DNA of 64,000 nt from contig NC_047080.1 of the NCBI RefSeq assembly GCF_902459465.1, forward strand, positions 10,354,001 through 10,418,000, written 5' to 3'. Of the stretch, positions 1 to 10,800 are shown one piece after another; positions within the stretch are counted from its first letter, which is position 1; each line of letters begins with the position of its first letter. A model generated the notes under the pieces. The model made no database searches and had not been told where the DNA came from. It saw nothing but the letters and a program-made list of their open reading frames with translations. The DNA is from Asterias rubens (lineage: Eukaryota). The position numbers were made by a program, and so were the translations under genes.

Positions 1-724
1 TTAAAAATAAATCCGTCATTCTCGATATCGAGAATTTATATTGTTTTAATGTTTTCTCAAAAAGTAAAACATTTCATGGAATAATATTTCAAAAGAAGTC
101 TTTCACCATTACCTTCTGTGAAGTAATTTGTAAATCTGTGAACTTTAAATAAAAATCTGTACCCAAAGTGTCCAATGGCTTTCAGGGCAAAAATAAAGGC
201 CAAATAACAAATATTTAAAAAAATTAAAAATATCCAGATATGTTTTCCTCATTAGCTCGAGATTGCAAAAGAAAACATTAATGATCCTCAGTTTGGTCGA
301 AAGTACACGCAATCTTAAATTATTTTTGTCTGAACTAATATACACAGAGTTGGCCGAGTTTACAAGTTACAAACGCACATAAATAAAAATAGTAGGCGAG
401 ATGGCCTTATCTTTTGATCCAAACAGGATCTTCGTTGGAGGCAAACAAAAAAACATATCCATTTATAGCAAAAAGAAGATCAAAGAATTGAGTGAAGGTA
501 TCGAGAAATAGGGCGGAAAAAATTATAGCCAATCAAAGTTATTTATTTACAGACAATGAGGTGGCAAAGAGTAAAGTAATGAGGACAAAGGATGGCCAGA
601 GTATAGAAGGATGGATTATTGGACCATCAAAGTGGCTCCATGGAAACCGGTGAGGCTCAATGTCTTGTTTTTTATTTATTTGCAGAGGGGCAAAAGCAAC
701 ACCGCCAGCCCCAATAATAATACT

Positions 725-1058
725 GGCGTGTCATAGCCGAGCGGTTAAGAGCACCCGATTCAAGCTCTGGTGTTTGATCAGCAGAGTGTGGGTTCGAATC
801 CCGGGTCGTGACACTTGCTGCGTAAAATTAGGGAGGTAGTGCTTTTCTGCTCTACCGGCTAGGCTTCGGACTGATGATACCCAAGCCTACATCCGTATGG
901 ACTGTAAAAGGGGTAACCCTGTTTCAGCCCTAGGAGTAGGTGGCAACGGCCTCTGGACAAAAATAATTGTAGCCCACACCTTGAAGTGGCCTTCAGGCCT
1001 TGTGTGTCTGGCGACTTGCATAATAAATAAAAAAAGTAATAAAAAAATAGTAAAAAAA
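725..1058 (+). mobile_element. tRNA-derived SINE, apparently full length
   Basis: Pol III A box (TAGCCGAGCGG) and B box (GGTTCGAATCC) in a tRNA-like head, a ~230-bp body and an A-rich tail. The same head recurs at about 2621-2725, 11900-11996, 12062-12170, 13495-13570, 25600-25670, 32990-33095 and 60124-60210. Confidence 0.8.
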
Positions 1059-1244
1059 ATGTCCGTCACTCAGTGACTCTCAAAACTCTTCAAATCTTTG
1101 TCTTTTTCTAAAAACTGCTACAAGTATTGTTTGCTCCTGACAATCGTTTAAATTGCAATTTTTCTTTTTTTATATACAAGTATTTTTTTTTCAATATTTA
1201 CTTGTGAATAAAATGAAATGAAAAAAACATTTAGTATTTTTCCT

Positions 1245-1633
1245 TTAAAGGAACATTACAGAATTGGTTTTGCTAACAAAACAGTTGCTGGCAGTGTAAG
1301 CACTACATACGTAGGCTTACACAAACTGACAAACCTGTACAGTGTACAGTATACAAGTTTGAGATTGATCGGCCATCCGGGTCACAAAAACATGGTGAAA
1401 AACCGATAACACATTTTGCATGACATCCATGCAAAATAAAAATGAATAAAACGCTCACTGAGCGATAAACTCCAAACGCGAAACTAGATTGTTTATTTCT
1501 CATTAAATATGAATTTTCAGACAAAAATATTTCAAGGGGATGTTTTCTACTATCATCATCATTAGACCGTGTTTTATGTAAATCTGTGTTCTTCACGGTT
1601 TTTTTTCTTACCAACTCTGTAACGTTCCTTTAA
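1245..1633. mobile_element. TTAA-flanked MITE (family D, Kolobok-like)
   Basis: ttaa-AGGAACATTACAGAATTGG...AACTCTGTAACGTTCCT-ttaa terminal inverted repeats. A second copy lies at 6570-6984. Confidence 0.75.
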
Positions 1634-1849
1634 GGTATTGTGCAGCTACATTTTGAAATATGAGACCAATTTTCCTAACGAGCCAATTCCCCTGCCTACA
1701 GGGGATTTGGTCTCTCCCCCAGGGGATTTGGTGTCTCCCCCTACAGGTCTCATACTTCAAAACGTAGTGTTCCCTTTTCTGTTTTGTTCTCGATTTCCAC
1801 AAGAAAGAGAAAAAATGAAATGTCAGTCTTAGAGCTACATTTCTCTTAC

Positions 1850-4800
1850 CATGAGTTGCTTGTATTTGGGTCTCTGAGAGCAGTCCTTCGTCAAACTGTC
1901 AAAACAAACAAATAGAAACCAAGATAAGAAGAATGCAAGAGGGTTTGCCCTGACACCATGAAGTTAAAGGCAGGGTGTACTTTAGATAACCAATCCACAA
2001 TTTAATGAGTATGAATGTTAGGGAATTTGTTTCAGATACACATGTGTTGATGTGAGATACAGTTTCTGAGACAATAACATGTTTCAACGGCCTTTTTGCA
2101 AGTTCAACATCTAAATTAATCTATATTGTTGCGGTACCGTGCAGGCCTGTATGCTTACGGGCAAGGGCACCAAGGCGGTTTAGGTTACAAATTTCAACTG
2201 GAGCTTTTCAAGGACACCAAGGCAATGACCAGGGGCATGGGGGCAGTCGCCTTCGTTGCCTCCGTGAAGAATCAGGCCTGACAATGATTTCTTTTCACAG
2301 ACTTTTGCAGGAAAGTACCGAGTATACAGTGCGAACACTCATCGGAGGGTAAAACCAAATTTATTAAGGTTGTTTACTTACCAACACTGGACAAAAGCAT
2401 GAAAGTCGACAGAGAACCCTCGTTTAGGTGGAAGTCTGGGAGGTTCCTCGGATAGGACTCTTGCAAGCACTTCAAAGTCATTGTTACAATTCTTGTATGG
2501 AAACTCCCCTGTAGCTAACTCCACCTAAAAGCAGCAAAGCAAATATTTGTGTAACGAGAAGTTTCAAACAATGTAAATTTATATTCTGAATCTGAATTAT
2601 ATTGTCGGTTACATGTATTGGGGTGTCGTGGCCGAGTGGATAAGAGCACTGAAAACTCAAGTTCTGGACTGTTTCTGTTCAGCAGAGTGTGGGTTCGAAT
2701 CCCAGTCATGACACTTGTGTCCTTGACGTCATGGCTGTTTTCGCAGCGAATGTTTCCCAGGACATGAGCACATTTCAACTGCAATGAGAATTATTTGTTG
2801 CAAAATTCAGCAGGGACGCTAAACAATTTTATTTTTATTTGGAAGTACATGTAAATGCCACACAAAACCGTTTCTAAACAGTCAGTGTGTATGTGCAGGT
2901 CTTGAACTTAAAGGGGCACAGCAATTTATAACTCGAAAGGGGCACTATGAATGTAAATTTGTACAGAAACCTTGCACCAGGGCCCAATTTCATAGAGCTG
3001 CTAAGCACAAAAATTTGCTAAGCATGAAATTTCTCCCTTGATAAAAATAGGATTACCAACCAAATTTCCAATTGTTGCATATTGCTTGTTACTGATATTC
3101 AGCTGTTGTTTGCTCATCCTGAAAATCATGTGGAAATTTGGTTGGTAATTCTGTTTTTATCGAAGCAGAAATTTCATGTTAAGCAAATTTTTGTGCTAAG
3201 CAGCTCTATGAAATTGGGCCCAGGAAACCCAGCAAAAGCACAGGGCACCTCGGCCAGGCTGCCAACATTTTCATCTTGCAGTCAGGGAAATATTTAGAAT
3301 TACATTCAACATAATGATGAAATAATTTCCACAATCGGGGAAATTTTCAAATTTGTCAATCAGACTAATGGACAATTTTGTTCATTTTCAGGGAACTTTC
3401 TGCAGAATCAAGGAGAGTTTGCAGCTCTCCCACAACATTTGCTGTGGGTGCCGTGGGTAATTTTTGAGCGAGTAATGAACTACACAACATGAACAACACT
3501 CTGTCTGCACCATAGAAATAGAACCCGGAGAACGCTGACTGCTCGGCCACCCTCTGTGTCTTCTGTGGACACGGCGTATGGAAAAACTATCATTGCGTGA
3601 GACGCGTGTATGGCAAAATGGCAAGATGTCAGCGCACATATAGACCGTTTCTAGTGTTTTCATTGGTCAATGATGATGTCATTGTATGGCAAAATTGATT
3701 GGCAAATATTTTGCCATACACGCGTTACAAAAATGGCGTATGAGCGTCCATAAAAATGGTCTCACAACTAAATCGCACGCAAAATGAGACACTCAGCGTT
3801 CTCCGGGTTCTATTTCTATGGTCTACACAGTGTTTGCATACAAGACATACATGTACTGTATAGCATTAATTTACTATCGGGAGAGCGAAAGAGAAATTAT
3901 GACTGAACGGTCGTTGACCAACTTAGCCTAAGGGCAGAGGAAGACGATGTGGCGACTAATATGCACAGAAACTACATCCTGGTTTACCATATGGGCATAA
4001 CGATGCATTTAAAACACTCATTTTTACAGTTGACCCTTAGGCATTTAAAGTTGCCTTGTTTGTACCATGTTCTACATCTACATGCTCCAGGTTTTAGCCA
4101 AATTAAATTTTGCAGGAAATCTAAAAACTTGATGTCCAAAATTCTTCACCTACACATTGTACGATACAAAAAACAGTGTGTCCAATATTAAAACAGCATG
4201 TCCAATATTAAAACAGGGTAAATCCAACTTTAAAACAGGGTATCCAACTTTAAAACAGGGTGTCCAAATTTAAAACAGGGTGTCTAACTTTAAAATAGGG
4301 TGTCCAAATTTAAAACAGGGTGTCCAATGTTAAAACAGAGTATCCAATATTAAAACAGGATGTCCAACTTTAAAACAGTGTGTCCAATATTAAACAGGGT
4401 GTCACCTATTAAAACAGTGTGTCCAATATTAAAACAGGGTGTCCACTATTAAAACAGTGTGCCCACTATTAAAACAGGGTGTCCAATATTTCTGTTTACA
4501 ATTCCAGGGGTCTATAACTTGCATACTCGCACTACATGTTCTTGGTTTTTGGTGTTTATTTATTGAACTCCCTATGTGTTTATTAATTTTGCTCTTGAAT
4601 CAATTAAGTTCAGGGTTTGGCAAAAACAATTTTTTTTACGAATTCCAGACGTCACTTGGTTATCTTGAAAAAATAATTGGAAATTCTGGGAAGCTGTTTG
4701 TTCGTGAGCTAAACACAAGGGACGAACACATCCTTCTTAAAGAGACTCTAAACGTCCCCGTTGAACATAGAGACAGTTATGAGTGGCGTTTTTTAATTTT

Positions 4801-7800
4801 TTTTATTGAGTAAAAATGCACTTACCAGGGAGATGCCCAGACTCCAAACATCTGCTCTGACGTCGTAGTCGGGATTGTTGGGATCGGGTGGGTCAATTCT
4901 CTCCGGCTGTAGGGAGGGAACGAGAAGACAAGTTAGTCACCAATAAAGCTGTAGATGTTATTTTTGCATTTGGGCTAAAGAATATTTAGCTGTTACAGGT
5001 ATTGTTTCTGTCAAGATTTTTATTTTTTTTCTTATTTTTTGTTTCCGCCTAAAACCCATAGCAATTGCACACGTCTTTTTCTTTAAATCTAATCTCCTAG
5101 ACCATAATTTCAAAAGAGTGAAATCATATACCAAATTGAAGCTTAGAACATAAGCTTTACTCTAAATGTAAACAAAATTAAAAATCTTAATTAATTAGCC
5201 ACGTAATCTTCATTTGAATATAACTGGATGCAGTCGCTCCATGTTATTGTTAAATATTCTCTTTGGTAAATGCCATACAGTATGTACCTATCATGAGTTG
5301 TGACTTCTTGAGATGAGTCTACGCATTTGAATATAACTGGATGCAGTCGCTTCCATGTTATTAATATAAACCACAAGGGAAACTGACTGGGTAAATTTTG
5401 AAATGATTTTGGGGGTTGAACAAAGAATTGACTAGAGTGGAATTCAAACCAACGACCTCCGGATTAAAGTGCCGGCGCTCTACCAACTGAGCTATCTAGC
5501 CCTATATTGGCGGTGTCCCAATTTTGTCAATATCTTTGTTCGGGGTGCCAGTCAGAAGCCATTCAACCGTTAACTGCCGAGTAGCCAGGGATCACACCCA
5601 AATTACGATACAACCTGGGAAGCGGCAGCCAGGGGATCACCTTAAGGGGATGCGACTTTTTGTTTCAGATATCAATATAAACCACAAGGGAAACTGACTG
5701 AGTTATATTGGAAGCTTTCAGATGCTTGATTTTGAGGTCTCGAAATCGAATTCGTTGAAAATTACTTCTTTCTCGAAAACTACGTTAATTCAGAGGGAGC
5801 CGTTTCTCACAATGTTTTGTACCATCACTTTCTCCCCATTACATGTTACCAATACCAAGTAAGGTTTTCTGCTAATAATTATTTTGAGTAATTACCAATA
5901 GTGTCCACTGCATTTTAAAGCGGTTGAATAATTTAGGGTTGAACAAAGAAAGTTTTACTTGAGCGAATTTGGACCAACAACCACAGGATGAATGTATCGG
6001 GGCTTTACCCACGAACAGGGATGTTGACAAAATGGGGAGACTGCAAACAAAAGGCTGGATAGCTCAGTTGGTAGAGCACCGGTACATTATTCCAGAGGTC
6101 GTTGGTTCAAACACTGCTCTAGTCAATGTGTCTTCGTTCATTGCACCCCAAATTTAAAACTACAATTCAGGAGGTTTCCAGCACAAAAATGTTAATTCTT
6201 AATGTAATCACTCCCTGTCTAGCGCAGTCTAGACAAATACAGAATGAAGAAGTCATTTCAAACCTTCTGCCAAGGCTGAGACTGGAGTACAAATTAATTT
6301 GACAATTGTTCACTTAAGCGCTGGTATGAACTTCTCTAAATGGTACTCCACGCAGGTGCTACCGACCCATAAATACCAATTAATCGAATCGCAAGGTGAC
6401 AAGGCAAAAGGTCGGGGCAATGTCTCCCACGTTACGACGTCCGTCCGAGCGTCGCCCGGAATATCTCACACCCGCCATCCCATAAACACATTAACATCAA
6501 TCTGTCCATCGATTCATTAGTTACGCAATCAATCAACGTTTACAAAACAAAACAGCGCAGGCAATGAACTTAAAGGAACATTACAGAATTTGTAAGAATA
6601 AAAAAATCAGCTGAGATCACAGATTTACAGCAAACTTACATGGTCTAATGATGATAGAAAACATCCCTTTAAATATTTCTGTCTGAAATGTCATATTTGA
6701 TGAGAAATAAATAAAACTAATTTCCCATTTGGAGTTTATCGCTCAGTGAGCGTTCTATTCAATTCTTTTTAATCAACGTCATGCAAAATGTTTTATTGGT
6801 TTTTCACTATTTTCTCGTGATCCAGATGGTCGATCGATCTCAAACTTCTACAGGTTTGTCAGTTTATATATATTTATAAGCACTTTATGTAATCCACCAT
6901 AGCCCCATATGGTAGATTACATAGAGTGCTTATAGTGCAAGCAACTGTTTCGTTAGCAAAACCCTATTCAGTAATGTTCCTTAAAGGGTGATTTGGAGTT
7001 AGCTGGCGCGCACACATGTGCAGTGGCGGACGCAGAGAGGTTCTAAATCAATTCGCGATCAAAGGACCAGATGGGGATAAGACGTGGGAGAGGACGTCAA
7101 CTTGTCAGCGGGGCAATTATAAGGCACCTGTTTGACTGAAAATAGGAGCGGGATGACGACAGACGTGGACGAGACTGATTTAATAATCATCACTGTCATA
7201 TTTTGTTAAAGACGCGATGAAGTTTAGGCATGATGTAATTATCAGTACGTAATTAGATATTTACACTGAGTGGGACCCAATTTCATAGAGCTGCTTAAAG
7301 GCAATATGTACATTTGGTTTTATAACCATTGATTGTTTTAACCCTTAATAAATGTAGATGTATACCAAAAACTAACATGAACAAAATTTCATATTTTTGA
7401 GATTCATCTCAAATCCGGAGTAAAAATATCCAGATAGGAAATTAATCCCTTATGGGAATATACAATCAGGCCTGTATGCTTCATTTTTGAAAGGGCAAGG
7501 GCACCAAGGCATTTTCTCTTTGGCAAAGGGCACCCTATGCTGAAATTGTAAATTTCTAATGGAACATTTCAAGGGCACCAAGGCAATGGCAAGGGGCAAT
7601 GGAGCAATCGCCTCCGTTGCCTCCGTGAAGTATCAGGCCTGTACAATCTGAGAAACATAATTACTCAATGCATCTGAAAGCACACCATTCTATGCAACGA
7701 TGGTGTTTTTTTCTCTTTTCTATTATTCTCTTGCAGCTTCGATGACCAATTGAGCCAGAATTTCCAGAGGTTTGTTATTTTATTTTATGCATAAAATATG

Positions 7801-10800
7801 TTGGGATACACAAAGTGAGGATACTGGTCTTCGACAAATTTTACCAAAGTATTACCCAGCGCCGTAGCCCCTGCCTTTCATCAAATGAAAAGTGTTGATA
7901 CGCATTCAGAGTATTACAGGCCTTGAATTCCATCTTTGAAAAGGTAATTGACCCTGGTAAAACTTGACCCTTCGTTGCCCCTGGTCTTGGCCTTGGTGCC
8001 CCTTCAAAAGTTTCCAATTGACTTCAAGACATTTCCAATGGAAGTGCCCTTTTCAAAATGAATTGGCCTTGCCCATATCAAAGGTGTTGATACGCATTCA
8101 TACAGTATTACAGGCCTTGAATTTCATCTTTGAGAAGGTAATTGACCATTTTCATTTTGCAAAGGGCACTTCTACGGAAAATCCGAAAAAGACCAGGGGC
8201 AATGTAGGCCATTGCCTGTCGACCTGCCTGAAATGCCAGGCCTTTTATTATACAAATTGTACGCACAAACTTTTTGAGTTTGCACTGAGCTTGCGCGAAG
8301 GGGAAATTAAAGAGAAAATTCATTAAATATTTTTGATGAGAATGTTTCTCCGTGCGCTCGGTGCTCATAACAAAAATCTAATTGATTTATGGAGGTGCAT
8401 GCACTGTGCTTGAATTGACAGATGTGTGAGATTTTTGATGGATTGTTTTCTATTATTATCATGATAAAAAAAAAAAGTTAATAAGTTGTGGAATATCCCT
8501 TAAAATGACTTGTTTTGCCAAGTAAAAAAAATTGTAATTTGAAATGAAAAAGATAAAAATAAATTCATCTCCCAGGCCTGGAACTACGCTGTTCATGCAG
8601 GCCGCGGAGGGCGGCAATGGCCTTCGTTGCCCCTTGGTGCCCCTTCAAAAGTTTCCAATTGACTTCAAGATATTTCCAATGGAAGTGCCCTTGTCAAAAT
8701 GAAACTGGGCTTGCCCTTATCAAAGATGAAATTCCAGGCGTGAACCTTTTAAACTTTGCATGACTCCGTGTTAATCCGGTGTTATATCAGGTTTCAATAG
8801 CAAGCTAACCTTGGAAATATTCTAAATAATTTCCCAATCAAATGTCAATACCCGTGAATAAATAAAAAACAACAATTCCCACGTCGCGTTCAGGTTTGAA
8901 GGTCTCATAAATAAAGCATTTTGTATATATATTTATTGGTTTGATGACAAAAGACCTTTTTTTAGAAATCTCTAGATTTGGTTATAAAAGGAAGTTGCAC
9001 TCGGGCCCGATACTGTAACAAAGATGATTGCCTTGATGCCCCCTGGGCATTGCCTTAGATCCCTTAAAATGCTTTGACAGTACAAATTTACACTCTCCCT
9101 ATAGGGTGCACTTTACAAGGAGAAAAAACCTTGCCCTTTCAAAAACGACAGGCCTGCACAGGGCTGCAATGGTTACAAAGCCTGTAGAACTGTGAAACCG
9201 ATATTGTAAAACTCAGCTAAGCAACATTTGTAGGCCTATAGGGCCCAATAGGAGACTTTCCAACGCTAGGTGGCAGCAGACATACCGGGTAAGTTTCCAT
9301 TGTTTACGTAGTTCTGAACATGCGCATAATTCTGAGAACAATGGATTTACCCGGTAAGTCTGCTGCCCTCTATCGTCCCAGAAAGTCTCCCATTTCATAG
9401 CACTGCTTAGCGGCCGATTTTGTGCTTACTTCGAGTTTCTATTTCATAGCCCTGCTAACGGTAAGCGCTGCTTCCAGTGCTTACAATGTAAATCCGCAGA
9501 AAACATGCAGTAAACACGCAATATGGCCGCCCAATTTTTCTGCAAACCTGTAAAATACGCTAAGGCTTAAGCAAACTTTATTGCTACAGTAAGCACGCAA
9601 ATTTGCTTACCGTTAAGCAGCGCTATGAAATTGGGCCCAGGTTGCTTTAATGTAGCTGCGATGCTCCATACATCGGCAATACACAAAACAAAAATTTGCT
9701 GCATGATGTAAACACAATGTTATAAATCAGAGAGTTTCAGACTGCTATCCATGTTGTTCACTTGGGGAGTTTCAACAAAAATTTTTCTTCAGACTACAAA
9801 AATTGGTTTAATGTTGATGAGTGTACATTATTATTTCGTTTAATATACATCCATTTAAAATCATATATAAGAAAAGAACTGTCGATGAAAAACACAAAAA
9901 TTCAAAACTTGTTGATAACCAGCAATGGTAGTTTGTTATCTGTTTAAATATTTGTTTGTGCATGGTATGGCCATCTACAAATTGTTTTAAGTATTGATGG
10001 TGTACTTATGTACATCAAACTATTGGGGGAGCTGTTTATACCCGACAATGGGCTGCACTCCATTATGGTTCAATTCTAGTTTGACTGTTTTAATAAGGGA
10101 ATAAAAGTGAAGCGTCGAGTTCTTAAACAGCCGTTTAAAACCGGCAGGGTTTTAAACGGATGTTTAAAAACGAGTCACTACTCTTTTTATTCCCATTCAT
10201 ATATGCCCTTTTGTTAAAAAACGTTAAAGCCATTGGACCCTTTCGGTACAGAAAAAAAAAGATTTTCAAATAATTTACAGGGTTTACAGAAGGTAATGGT
10301 GAAAGACTTCTCTTGAAATAATAGTCCATGAAATGCTTTACTTTTTGAGAAAACGGTAAAACAATATAAATTCTCGTTAGCGAGAATTACGGATTTGTTA
10401 TAAACACATGTCATGACACGGCGAAACGCGCGAAAACAGGAGTTGGTTTTCCCGTTATTTTCTCCCAACTCCGATGTCCGATTGAGCCTAAATTTCCACA
10501 GGATTGTTATTTTATATATAAGTTGTGATACACGAAGTGTGGGACTTGGACAATACTGTTTACCGAAAGTGTATAATGGCTTTAAACAAATTACAATTAT
10601 AGACACTTTAACAACTGAAAATTTGAGGTTTGAAAAAAAAAAGTCAACAACTTTGTGAAGAATCTGTTTCATGCACATGGGTTGTTTGTACGCGCGCTCG
10701 TTTAAAAAAAAAAATTACGTGCGCGTTCTTACATATACTAGGCGCTATATAGCTATGAATTGCGTTCCGCGTGATAATCTTGTGCGCGAGTGTCCGACAT

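Noticed and set aside
1-1849. Terminal exon of MAP2K7
   Set aside because: I found no segment resembling EHxFIxxYE...DVxxW. The candidate at about 1075-1137 (EQTILVAVF...) does not match, so the exon is probably outside the window.
4170-4490. CRISPR-like array
   Set aside because: The units are directly adjacent with no unique spacers, there are no cas genes, and the context is a eukaryotic intron.
5429-5502. Functional tRNA gene (Lys/Asn-like cloverleaf); similar sequences at about 6053-6125, 13396-13468 and 46470-46535
   Set aside because: U33 is missing (the loop begins AC), the T stem is mismatched, the anticodon differs between copies (TTT versus GTT), and the flanks are shared repeat sequence. 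These are tRNA-derived repeats.
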